This document shows positions 52,776-62,862 of a DNA stretch of 64,000 nt, one piece after another. Every line of letters begins with the position of its first letter. The stretch's first letter is position 1. A program made the translations under genes and the position numbers. The notes under the pieces are model-generated. The model was not told where the DNA came from and searched no databases. It saw only the letters and a program-made list of their open reading frames with translations. Location: NCBI GenBank assembly GCA_965197725.1, contig CBDANQ010000054.1:38823-102822 (forward strand), read 5' to 3'. Origin of the DNA: Longimicrobiales bacterium (GTDB lineage Bacteria; Gemmatimonadota; Gemmatimonadetes; Longimicrobiales; Gaopeijiaceae).

Positions 52776-53819
52776 ATGCGGATGACAACACCAGTGCTCG
52801 CTGCGGCCGTCACCCTCCTGCTGCCCGCACCCCCGGCCACGGCGCAGACCGATACGGATCCCGCGCTTCAAGAGTGGGAAGTCCCTTATGCGCAGTCGCG
52901 TCCCCGGGACCCGATGGTCGCGCCGGACGGGCGGGTGTGGTTTGTCGGCCAGGTTGGCAACTACGTCTCGGTGCTCGATCCGAAGACGGGCGACTTCGAG
53001 AAGTTCGATATGGACGAGGGCGTCAATCCGCACAATCTGATTGTCGACGTCGATGGCACGGTCTACTACGCGGGCAACCGCGCGAGCCACATCGGGAGAC
53101 TCGACCCAGAGACCGGAGACGTCGAGAAGTTCATGATGCCCGACGAACGCGCACGTGATCCGCATACGCTCATTTTCGACTCCAAGGGCGACATGTGGTT
53201 CACCGCGCAGAATGGCAACTTCGTCGGCAAGTTCTGGACCCAGACGGGTGAGATCCGCCTGCTCGAGACACCTTCTGCGCCCGGCCGCGGGGGTCGCATG
53301 GGGAGCAGCCGCCCGTACGGCATCGTCATGGACTCCCGGGACCATCCGTGGATCGCGCTGTTCAACACCAACAAGATCGCGACGGTGGACCCTGAGACGT
53401 TCGAGCTCGAGACCTTCGAACTGCCGGAGAACGCACGGCCACGCCGCATCGCGATCACTTCGGACGACGTGCTCTGGTACGGCGACTGGACGCGCGGCAC
53501 GCTCGGCCGCCTCGACCCCGCAACCGGTGAGGTGAGGGAGTTCCCACTCCCGGGCGGCACGAGTTCGCGTCCCTACGCAGTGGTCGCGGACGACTCCGAC
53601 CGCATCTGGCTGGTCGAGACCGGTCCCAGACCGAACAACTTCGTGGGCTTCGATCCGATGACAGGCGAGTTCTTCAGCCAAACGCTCGTCGAGAGCGGCG
53701 GCGGCACGATCCGTCACATGTACTTCGACGCTGAGACCAATTCCATCTGGTTCGGTGCCGACACGAATACGGTGGGGCAGGCCAAGCTCCCGCCCCGGAG
53801 GCGTATCGTCTCGGAATGA
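52776..53819 (+). CDS. Secreted Vgb-like (streptogramin lyase fold) beta-propeller
   Basis: GGAGG RBS, signal peptide, repeated P-x-x-I/L...W-F/Y...GRLDP.TGEV blades. Confidence 0.82.
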   Translation: MRMTTPVLAAAVTLLLPAPPATAQTDTDPALQEWEVPYAQSRPRDPMVAPDGRVWFVGQVGNYVSVLDPKTGDFEKFDMDEGVNPHNLIVDVDGTVYYAGNRASHIGRLDPETGDVEKFMMPDERARDPHTLIFDSKGDMWFTAQNGNFVGKFWTQTGEIRLLETPSAPGRGGRMGSSRPYGIVMDSRDHPWIALFNTNKIATVDPETFELETFELPENARPRRIAITSDDVLWYGDWTRGTLGRLDPATGEVREFPLPGGTSSRPYAVVADDSDRIWLVETGPRPNNFVGFDPMTGEFFSQTLVESGGGTIRHMYFDAETNSIWFGADTNTVGQAKLPPRRRIVSE

Positions 53820-53879
53820 TGCGTCTGCGCTTCGCGGTGCCAGCCGCCCCCGTGCACAGACCGGGCAGCCCTTGCGCCA

Positions 53880-56293
53880 CTAGTCGAGCTCCGCCCGAAG
53901 CGCCGCAGCTCCGTCTTCGAGGCACCGCTCCAGTTCGGCGACCATCTCCGACGTGTCGTCCCAAACTCCGGTGGCCGCGGCCTGTTCGAGAGACGCGCTT
54001 ACCTTCTGCACCCGGTGCAACGCCAGTGAGCCAGCGACGCCCTTCAAGGAATGAGCTTCGTTCTCCAGCGCATCCGAGTCGGAGTCCGCGACGGCCTGTT
54101 TGATCACGTCGAGCCGGTCCCGGGCGTCGTCGAGGAACATCATGGCGATCTCGCGGAACAGTCCCGTGTTCCCCCCGGCCAGCTCGACGGCGCGCACCGG
54201 ATCGAGGTCGATCCGTTCTTCGAGGAAGTGTCGAACCTTGTCCTCGAGCTCAGCAGGGTCGATCGGCTTGGACAAGTAGTCGTCCATACCGGCTTCGAGG
54301 CACCGCTCACGGTCGCCCTTCAGAGCGTGCGCGGTCATCGCAATGATCGGGATGTGTCTCAGAGTCCCGGCTTCGCCCTCCCGGATGAGCCTCGTCGTCT
54401 CCAGCCCGTCGAGCTCGGGCATCTGAACGTCCATCAACACCAGGTCGAAGTCTCGGCGCTCGAGCTGATGGATGGCAGCGCGGCCGTCCTTTGCGACCGT
54501 GACCCGGTGGCCCTGCCTTTCGATCAGAGCGACAGCCAGTGTTTGGTCTATGATGTCGTCCTCCGCGAGCAGAATACGGCCGCCCGAGCGTGGCGCGTCC
54601 GGTGCACCGCTCGCTGATCGCTCCGCGGGCTGGAGCGGCTCGGCAACCGCCGCACGGAGGGCGTCGAGCAGCTGCAAGGGCATGATCGGCTTCGCCAAGA
54701 AGCCCGCCAACGGTAGAGATCGTACCCGGCCGGCATCGTCCCGACGGACGAACGACGTAACCAGGATGATCTTGGTGACTCCATACTGCGGCCCGGCCCC
54801 GAGTCGTTTGCAGAGCTCGAAGCCGTCGATGTCTCGCAGGTGCACGTCCGACAGGACGAGGTCGAACGACCGCCCCTCGGTGTGGGCCGCCTCACTCGTA
54901 TCGAGCGCGGCCTGCCCGCCGCCGACGACGACCGGCACCATCTGCCACCGGCGCACGTATTCGGTGAGGATCGTGCCGTTGGTGGCGTTGTTCGCCACGA
55001 TGAGAACGCGCAGGCCGGCGAGGCTTTCGGCAGAGACCGCCTGTTCCTCCCCCACCCCCCCTTCGGCGAGCTCCAAGTCGACGCTGAAGCGAAACCGGAT
55101 ACGGTCGTCGACCGCGTGCTCGACGGAGAGGCTGCCCCCCATCAACTCCACGAGCTGGGAAGAGATCGCCAATCCGAGGCCCACACCACCGAACCGTCGA
55201 GCCGGGGAGCCGTCTCGAGGTGCGCCAGCGCCGAACACGTTCGCCTGGACCTCCGCGGGGATGCCGGTGCCGGTGTCCCGGACCGAGAAGCCGAGCGTTA
55301 CGCGCTCCTCGGACAGCTCCTGTGCCTCGATCCGGACGTGCACCTCTCCGGCCTCGGTGAACCTGATCGCGATGCCGACCAGGTGCAGGACTATCTGACG
55401 TAGACGACCTGGATCGCCAACGATGTGCTCCGGAACCCCCTCGTCTTCTTCGTACAGGAGCTCGATCCCTTTCTCCGCAGCACGCTGGGCGAGCGCCTTG
55501 AACGTGTCCCTCAACGATTCTCTCAAGCCGAACGCGGTCGGCTCTAGCTCTAGCTTGCCGGCGTCGAGCTCGGAGAATTCGAGCACGTTGTTGATCACGC
55601 CGAGCAGGGACCGAGCCGAGCGGTCCACCAACTCCATGTACTCGCGCTGCGCGTCGCTCAGCTCCGTCTCCAGCGCCAGACGGGTCATTCCGAGGATGCC
55701 GTTCATCGAGGTTCGAAGCTCGTAGCTCATGTTCGCCACGAACTCACTCTTGGACCGATCCGCCAACTCGGCAGCTTCTTTTCCTCTCTCAGTAGCTGCT
55801 CGGCCTGCCGTCGCGCGGTCACGTCTCGCGCGACGCAATAGACCAGGTCGCCGTCCGGGAATGGCGTCGCCGTCCACGAGATCCACCGCCAATCCCCGTC
55901 AGCCGTGAGATACCGGTTCTCGAAGCGCGCGGTCCCGGAGCCCTCCGCTAGCCGGCCCAGCTCCTCCATCGTCGCGCTGCGGTCGTCGGGATGCACGAAG
56001 TCGATGAATGGCGTCTTGAGCACGACCTGCACCGAATGGCCCAAGGTCTCTTGCCACGCGGGGTTCAGCCGCTTGAAGTGACCGTCGAGGCCCACGATGG
56101 CGAGCAGGTCGCCGGAGAGCGTGAAGAAACGGTCGAATTCGGTGGTGACGGCGCCCTCGGCCGCGGCACGCCGCAACTCCTCGAGATCTTTTTGTCGCCG
56201 CCAGATCAGCCAGGCGAAGAGTCCCAGCACGAGCAGCGCCGCGGTGAGGGCCCAGAGTAGAGGCTGCGTGGCGATGGTCGTCGTTTCGGACAC
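53880..56293 (-). CDS. Hybrid sensor kinase TM-PAS-HisKA-HATPase-REC-REC-HPt with degenerate kinase core (frameshift near 55780)
   Basis: PAS (FVHPDDR) in 55727..56293. MSYELRTS H-box, LMDVQMP receiver and AHSLKG HPt in 53880..55892. Confidence 0.88.
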
Positions 56294-56427
56294 GAGTCGG
56301 GGAGATGGGGATCGTGACGGCGCTAGGGGCGACTCTTACTATTCTCGACCGCCCACGAAGCCCCGTCAAACCCGTGGAGCACCGCCTTTCTGGCGCCACG
56401 CCGTTTCGAGCCCCAAGCTGCTTGGCC

Positions 56428-57345
56428 ATGAAGAGGAATAGCGTGATGGGAAGGGGCCTTGCCGTTGCCGTCGCCGCGGCCACGACCCTCACGTCCGCAG
56501 CCGCCGCCCAGAACCTCGAATACCCTGCGTCATTGGACCGACTGCTCCAGGACCTTTCCGTGCTCGCGCACGACTCCATGGAGGGGCGAGCTCCGGGGAC
56601 GCCAGGCAGCGCGCGCGCGAGGGCCTTCCTGATCGAGTCGTTGACATCTATCGGGGCCGCGCCGATCGGCGAGAGCTACGAGCACGGCTTCGAGACCGCC
56701 AGCGCGCGCGCGGTGAACGTCATCGCGACCGTGCCGGGTCGAGACGCGACGAAACGCTACATCGTGCTCACTGCCCACTACGATCACCAAGGCGTGCGAG
56801 GCGGCATCGTTTTCAACGGAGCCGACGACAACGCCTCGGGGGTCGCCGCGACGCTCGCGATCGCACGCGACGTAGTGGCGAGTCCGCTCGGCGCTACACT
56901 CGTGATCGCGCTGGTCGATGCCGAGGAGGAAGGATTGCTCGGCGCGAAACAGTTCGTGGCACAGCCTCCGATCCCTCTCGCACAGGTCGCGCTGAACGTC
57001 AATCTCGATATGGTCTCCCGCACGGCGGGGCTGCTGTGGGCGGTGGGCGCACACCACACGCCGGCGCTCCGATCTGTCATCGAGCAGGCGACGGCGAACG
57101 CCCCCGTGACCGTGAGGCAGGGACATGACCGTCCGGGAGCACCGGAGGGCTTGAACTGGACGCACTCGTCGGACCACGCGCCCTTCCACCAAGCCGGGAT
57201 CCCTTTCGTCTACTTCGGAGTCGAGGATCACGCCGACTATCACCGACCCACGGACGACTTCGAAAACGTGGACCCCGGGGAGTACGTCGCGTCGGTCCGG
57301 ACGATTCTGACCGTGATGCGCGCGCTGGACGAGGCCCTGCGATGA
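56428..57345 (+). CDS. Peptidase M28 family
   Basis: AHYDH, NGADDNASG, DAEEEGLLG, NLDM, SDHAPF, DYHRPTD. Confidence 0.92.
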   Translation: MKRNSVMGRGLAVAVAAATTLTSAAAAQNLEYPASLDRLLQDLSVLAHDSMEGRAPGTPGSARARAFLIESLTSIGAAPIGESYEHGFETASARAVNVIATVPGRDATKRYIVLTAHYDHQGVRGGIVFNGADDNASGVAATLAIARDVVASPLGATLVIALVDAEEEGLLGAKQFVAQPPIPLAQVALNVNLDMVSRTAGLLWAVGAHHTPALRSVIEQATANAPVTVRQGHDRPGAPEGLNWTHSSDHAPFHQAGIPFVYFGVEDHADYHRPTDDFENVDPGEYVASVRTILTVMRALDEALR

Positions 57346-58697
57346 GCGAGGCGAAGCCGCGGTTCAGCGTTCCCCATCCTCTCGTTCTGCTCGCTGGCTG
57401 CGTGATCCTGGCTGCGGCGGGGAGTTACGTCTTGCCCGCGGGCCAGTTCGACCGGGTCGAAGACGAGGCGACCGGCCGATCGGTCGTGGTCGCGGGCACG
57501 TACCACGCGGTCGAGCGCACTCCGGTCAACCTCTTCGACGCGATGGTCGCGCTACCCCGTGGCATGGCTGAAGCCGCCGAGGTGATCTTCCTGGTGTTCC
57601 TCATCGGTGGGGCATTCACCGTGGTTGACGAGACCGGTGCGCTCCGGCGGGGCGTCACGTCGCTGGTGCGCACGCTGGGGGGTCGCGACCTACTGGTCAT
57701 CCCCATCGTCTCGATCTTCTTCGCCACGGGAGGTGTGGTGGAGAACATGCAGGAGGAGATCATCCCCCTGATCCCCGTTCTGCTCATTCTGACCCGCACA
57801 GTCGGCTTTACACCGCTCGTCGCGGTCGCGATGAGCGCCGGTGCGGCATTCGTGGGATCGGCGTTCAGCCCCATCAACCCCTTCCAGGTCCAAATCGCAC
57901 AGAAGCTGGCAGAGCTCCCGCTCGGCTCGGGGGGACTCTTCCGCGGGATCTTCTTGATCCTGGCGCTCGCGCTTTGGGTCGGCATGACGATGCGCTACGC
58001 ATCACGGCAACGGCGGGAGCCGGAACTCGTCGAGGATTCGGGCGACGCCGGTATCGAGGGCCAAGACTGGGTGATCTTCGGGATCGTCGCCGCGACGTTC
58101 GCGGTCCTCGTGATGGGCCTTCTGCGTTGGGACTGGGGCTTCGACCACCTGTCTGGCGCCTTCTTCATCATGGGCGTCGTGGTCGGCCTGCTCGCGGGCA
58201 TGGGCCTGACCGGCACCGCCGAAGCGTACGTGCGTGGCTTTCGAAGCATGGCATACGCCGCACTGCTCATCGGTTTCGCGCGCGCGATTTTCGTGGTGCT
58301 CGAAGACGGTCACATCGTCGACACGATCGTGCAGGCCATGTTCACGCCACTCGAGGGACTGCCGCTGATCGCCTCGAGCCTGGGAATGATCGCCGCGCAA
58401 ACCGCGATCCACGTGCCCGTGCCGAGCGTGAGCGGCCAGGCTGTCCTCACCATGCCCCTCCTGATTCCGCTCTCTGATCTACTCGGTCTCTCACGGCAGG
58501 TCGTCGTGCTCGCGTATCAGTACGGGGCGGGCCTTTGCGACATCATCACACCGACCAATGGGGCGCTGCTGGCGGTGCTCGCTGCCGCGGGAGTGCGCTA
58601 CGAGGAGTGGATCAAGTTCGCGATGCCGCTCTACCTGGCACTCGTAGCGCTGGGAGCACTCTCCATCGCGATCGCCATCGCGATCGGGCTGGCGTGA
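57342..58697 (+). CDS. YfcC / C4-dicarboxylate anaerobic carrier family transporter
   Basis: VPHP, INPFQVQIAQ, PSVSGQAVLTMP, AYQYG. Confidence 0.88.
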   Translation: MSEAKPRFSVPHPLVLLAGCVILAAAGSYVLPAGQFDRVEDEATGRSVVVAGTYHAVERTPVNLFDAMVALPRGMAEAAEVIFLVFLIGGAFTVVDETGALRRGVTSLVRTLGGRDLLVIPIVSIFFATGGVVENMQEEIIPLIPVLLILTRTVGFTPLVAVAMSAGAAFVGSAFSPINPFQVQIAQKLAELPLGSGGLFRGIFLILALALWVGMTMRYASRQRREPELVEDSGDAGIEGQDWVIFGIVAATFAVLVMGLLRWDWGFDHLSGAFFIMGVVVGLLAGMGLTGTAEAYVRGFRSMAYAALLIGFARAIFVVLEDGHIVDTIVQAMFTPLEGLPLIASSLGMIAAQTAIHVPVPSVSGQAVLTMPLLIPLSDLLGLSRQVVVLAYQYGAGLCDIITPTNGALLAVLAAAGVRYEEWIKFAMPLYLALVALGALSIAIAIAIGLA

Positions 58698-58727
58698 ACG
58701 AGGGCGCTGTGCGAGGGCAATGAGCGT

Positions 58728-59954
58728 GTGAGCGGCAAGAAAAAGGAAAAGCTCCACAAGAACGTCTGGGTCGCCACAGGGACGAGCTTCCTCACGGACG
58801 TGTCGAGCGAGATGCTTGTCAACGTGCTGCCGCTCTTCCTCGCGAACGTCCTCGGAGTTCGTATCTGGACGGTCGGCGTCATCTATGGTCTTGCCGACAC
58901 CGCCTCCAGCGTTCTCAAGTTCTACTCGGGATGGCTCTCCGATCGGCTGCGCGCCAGGAAGTGGCTGGCGGTCGCCGGGTACGCAACGTCCGCGATCTCC
59001 AGGCCCTTCCTCTACGTCGCTTCCACATGGGGCGCGGTCGCCGCGATCCGCTTCGCGGATCGCGTGGGAAAGGGGATCCGCACCGCACCCCGGGATGCCC
59101 TGCTGGCGGACTCCACCCCGCCGGAGCGTCGGGGCTTGGCGTTCGGTCTTCACCGCGCGGGTGATACCGCGGGAGCGGTCGTCGGCCTGCTGCTCACGAT
59201 CTGGGTCGTCGCGAATACCCAGGGAGCCGATCCGACGCTGTCCGAAGGCACGTTCAGGACTCTCGTGCTGTGGAGCCTGGTCCCCGCGTTCCTGGCTGTC
59301 GTCATGTTGGCCGTAGGCGCGCGCGACGTTGCCTTGCCGAGGGAGGGTGCACCTGCTGGGCCCCGGATCCGCATCCGCGGGCTCGGCAGGGGCTTTGGCG
59401 CGTTCGCCGCATGCTCGGTTCTGTTCGAGCTCGGCAATTCCGCGGACGCGTTCCTCGTGCTACGGGCGCAGGAGCGCGGGCTCTCCGTCCTGGGCGTGCT
59501 GTGGATCCTCGTGGCGTTCAACGTCGTGTATACGACCGTCTCCACTCCGGCCGGCTCACTCGCGGATCGAGTACCGCGGAAGTGGGTCCTCTTCGGCGGA
59601 TGGCTCGTCTACGCGCTGGTGTATCTGGGCTTCGCCGCCGCGCGCACGCCAACGCATATCGCCGTCCTCTACACCGTGTATGGGGCGTACCACGGGCTGG
59701 TCTCCGGAGCCGCCAAGGCGCTGATCGCGGACCTCGTGCCTCCTGAGCTACGGGGGACCGCGTACGGAAGCTACGCCGCGGTGGTCGGCCTCATCAGCCT
59801 CCCGGCCTCATTGCTGGCGGGCGTGCTGTGGCAAGGCGTCGGACCCTGGAGCGGCTTCGGCGCGGCGGCCCCCTTCGCGTTCGGCGCCGCCACCGCGGGC
59901 CTCGCCGCCATCCTACTCGTGTGGACCGTTCCCAGCGGGGCGCGATCAGTATGA
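58728..59954 (+). CDS. MFS transporter
   Basis: SFLTDVSSEM, DRVGKGIRTAPRDAL, FGLHRAGD. Confidence 0.9.
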   Translation: MSGKKKEKLHKNVWVATGTSFLTDVSSEMLVNVLPLFLANVLGVRIWTVGVIYGLADTASSVLKFYSGWLSDRLRARKWLAVAGYATSAISRPFLYVASTWGAVAAIRFADRVGKGIRTAPRDALLADSTPPERRGLAFGLHRAGDTAGAVVGLLLTIWVVANTQGADPTLSEGTFRTLVLWSLVPAFLAVVMLAVGARDVALPREGAPAGPRIRIRGLGRGFGAFAACSVLFELGNSADAFLVLRAQERGLSVLGVLWILVAFNVVYTTVSTPAGSLADRVPRKWVLFGGWLVYALVYLGFAAARTPTHIAVLYTVYGAYHGLVSGAAKALIADLVPPELRGTAYGSYAAVVGLISLPASLLAGVLWQGVGPWSGFGAAAPFAFGAATAGLAAILLVWTVPSGARSV

Positions 59955-61493
59955 GGCTTCCAGCGCCCTCAGCAGATCGGCGGACCGCGCCTTCGGGATC
60001 TCGCTCTTCAGCCCGTCGACGGTAGCGGCCCCCCGGCCTACAAGGTCTCCGTCGTAGCGCAGCGCCACAGGACCACGGAGTTCTTGCTCGAAGTCGACCG
60101 CCTCACCGAGTGCAAGCCGGAGCATCCGCTCGTGATCAATGTCGAAGGCTCGCTTCCGCACCGAGTCGCCGAGCCATCGCAGGAGATCGTTCGCCGGGCG
60201 TGGACGGTCCCTCGAGTCGAAGTCAACCGCCCGGAAGCCGACAGAGATCGGCCGCCAGGCGCGCTCTCGCCACGGCCCTTCTCGCCAGGCCTCGAGCGGC
60301 CACTCGTCCAGCGCGTGCAACCACAGGCGGCCACCACGCTGGATCCAGGTGAGGTCGGCGACTTCGCCTCGATCGACGCCGAAGCGCTGCTCGAGGTCCT
60401 CGCGTGCCGTCCGGACATGGTGCGAGGGGTCGAGGCTGTGTCCCGGGAAACTCGCCGGCACGGGAGTCCACCCGCTATCGAAAGATCCGTCGGCTGTGGT
60501 GGAGCCGTCGTCCAGCCGGCGCAGCTTGGCCAGGAAGAGTCCACCGGAATCGAAGTGGTGCGGATAGATCCGCGCTGCGCCCTCCAAGCGGGCGTCATAG
60601 CGGGCTCCGGCGAAGGACGTGAGTCCTGATGCGTGTGGTAGTGGAAGGGTGATCGGCTCGACCTCCACGGGCTGGCTCTTCAGGATTTCGTCGATGACGG
60701 CCTCATTCTCCTCGGGAGCGAACGTGCACGTCGAGTAGAGGACCGTACCACCCGGGCGGACCAGTCGGATCGCCTTCTCGACGAGGGCCCGCTGAGCCGC
60801 GGTCACGTGTCGGACAAAAGAGGCCGACCGTCGGGGCGCATCGCCGCCGCCTCGCCGGAGGGTGCCTTCCCCCGAGCACGGAGCATCGACGAGGACCCGG
60901 TCGAAGAGCGGACCTTCGGGAAAGTCCCGGCCGTCGCTCGCGACCACGAACACGTTCGGATGACCGAGTCGGTAGACGTTGCCGAGCAGACCTCGGATGC
61001 GGCTCTCGCTGATCTCCGACGCCACGAGACACCCCCTGTCCCGCATCAGGTCGGCGGCATGCGTGGTCTTGCCTCCCGGTGCCGAGCAAAGGTCGAGCAC
61101 GCGCTCAGCGGGCTGGGGGTTCAGCAGTGGCGCCGCGACGCCGGTCGAAGCTTGCTGCACGTAGAAGAGCCCGAGCCAGTGCTCCAGCGTCACAGAGACC
61201 GGTCCCGGTCCGGACTCGACCTCGAAAAAGTGTGGAAGCCCCTCTTTCGGTCGCAGCACGAAGCCGCGATCCGCCAACCGATCGAGCAACGCACGGGGGC
61301 TGATCCGGCCGGTACGGACACGCAACACGGTCGGCTCGGGGCGCTCCGCGGCGGCCGTGAAGTCGGCCCAGTCAGGTATGATCTCGCGGTACCGCTCGAG
61401 GTCTACGGTGTGCGCGCGCTCCCGACGCGCACGGCTCCGTCCGCGGCCTCGCTTAGAGCGAGAGACCGCCCTCGTCTCCCTCGTCTCCCTCAC
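59946..61493 (-). CDS. RsmB/NOP2 family RNA m5C methyltransferase (RsmF-like); true start may be near 61406
   Basis: DLCSAPGGKT, DAPCSGEG, YSTCT...ENE. Confidence 0.9.
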   Translation of the reverse strand: MRETRETRAVSRSKRGRGRSRARRERAHTVDLERYREIIPDWADFTAAAERPEPTVLRVRTGRISPRALLDRLADRGFVLRPKEGLPHFFEVESGPGPVSVTLEHWLGLFYVQQASTGVAAPLLNPQPAERVLDLCSAPGGKTTHAADLMRDRGCLVASEISESRIRGLLGNVYRLGHPNVFVVASDGRDFPEGPLFDRVLVDAPCSGEGTLRRGGGDAPRRSASFVRHVTAAQRALVEKAIRLVRPGGTVLYSTCTFAPEENEAVIDEILKSQPVEVEPITLPLPHASGLTSFAGARYDARLEGAARIYPHHFDSGGLFLAKLRRLDDGSTTADGSFDSGWTPVPASFPGHSLDPSHHVRTAREDLEQRFGVDRGEVADLTWIQRGGRLWLHALDEWPLEAWREGPWRERAWRPISVGFRAVDFDSRDRPRPANDLLRWLGDSVRKRAFDIDHERMLRLALGEAVDFEQELRGPVALRYDGDLVGRGAATVDGLKSEIPKARSADLLRALEASY

Positions 61494-61848
61494 GGACGAG
61501 CGTTAGGATCGCGGCCTGCGGCACGACCAGGTAATGATCGCCGTCGAAGGTGATCTCCACGGCCGCGCGCCGAAAGAAGATCGCGTAGTCCCCGATCCGT
61601 GCCTGCACCGGCAGGTAGCGCGGCTCCGGCGCCCCGATCTTCCAGGGCTCGTCGTCGAGCTCGGTGGGCGCGGAAAGCGCATTACCTGGACCCGTCGCCA
61701 CGACGGTGCCGCCCTGCACCGCCTGGTTGTCCACGGCCGTCGCAGGGAGATACAACCCGACTTTCGTGCGGTCCTCACCCTCTTCAGGCTGAATGAGAAC
61801 ACGATCGCCGACGACGATCAGCCTCTTCTTCCGTTCCGACATCATCAT
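61453..61848 (-). CDS. GroES/Cpn10-family co-chaperonin, orphan
   Basis: VGDRVLI...TKVGLYLP...GTVVATGPG...AILTLV. Confidence 0.85.
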   Translation of the reverse strand: MMMSERKKRLIVVGDRVLIQPEEGEDRTKVGLYLPATAVDNQAVQGGTVVATGPGNALSAPTELDDEPWKIGAPEPRYLPVQARIGDYAIFFRRAAVEITFDGDHYLVVPQAAILTLVREGDEGDEGGLSL

Positions 61849-61940
61849 CCTCAAGAGGTGCGGGGACGAAGGCCGCGACCACGAGCCGGCCCAGCGTGCG
61901 AGCTGAAAGGTCGGGATCGGAGGGTACCGCCTCAAGGGGC

Positions 61941-62862
61941 TTAGGGAGCGGGTCGGTGCTTCCTCATCTTGATGCGCGCCTCGCGCGCCCGCGAAGCGAC
62001 CCCTCCCGCCGTCACCGCGAGCTAGCGATCGATCGAGAACGACTCGACCGCCAGCGACCCCATCGCCACGGCGTGCCTGAGTGCCTCGTCCATCGCGGTG
62101 GGGGAAGGCCAGTCGCGCGCGAGCGTCGCGACCAGACCCCCCCCCGAACGCGTCGCCGGCGCCCGTCGGATCCTTTACCTCCCGAGGTCGCGGGGCCGAC
62201 ACGGCGATGGCGCGATCGTGGCCAAACGCAATCGCGCCCTGGTCGCCGCGCTTCACCACGACCCACGAACACCCTTCCTCCAGGATGGGCCGAATACCGG
62301 CTGCTTGGTCGCCGTCGCCGATCAGCAGCGCCTCTTCCTCGTTCAGTAGCAGGACATCGGCGCTACGCATCAGCAGACGGAGGTCGTCACTCCGATCCCG
62401 GATCCAATGCGTCATCGTGTCGAGCACGACGAGCGCGGGCGCGCCTGCATTAGCAAGCACCGATGCCTGGATCGACGGGTTCGTGCTACCCAGGAAAAGG
62501 GCGGCCGGCCCCTTCCGGTCCCCCGGGACCTCGGGGGTCTCGGCGAGAGCCGTTTCACGATTGGTGGACAACGTCTCCCGGTTCCCGTCCCGACCGTACC
62601 GGACGTGCCACCGGAACGTCTCACCAGCGTGGCGCGACAATCCGCTGACGTCGATGCCGGCTTCGCTCAAGCGCGTGACAAACGCTTCCGGAAAGTCCTC
62701 GCCCATGACGCCGACAATCGCCACATCAGCCGAAACACGAGCGGCCGCGGCGAAGTACGGGGCGGAGCCTCCGAGAACGTCGCGGGCCACTTCCCCGCCG
62801 GACTCGACCGTGTCGAGCGACACGGTTCCTACGCCCAGGACGGAAGGCCGCTTCTGGATCAT
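61941..62862 (-). CDS. PfkB family sugar/nucleoside kinase (frameshift in C9 run 62137-62145)
   Basis: LGGSAPY, LNEEEA, VKRGDQG, DPTGAGDAF. The corrected frame ends at TAA 61941. Confidence 0.88.

Noticed and set aside
52776..53819. Streptogramin resistance gene
   Set aside because: The Vgb-like propeller has a signal peptide. The fold is widespread and does not imply resistance.
61453..62862. 469-aa PfkB-GroES fusion
   Set aside because: Artefact of an extra C in the C9 run. The corrected PfkB ends at 61941.
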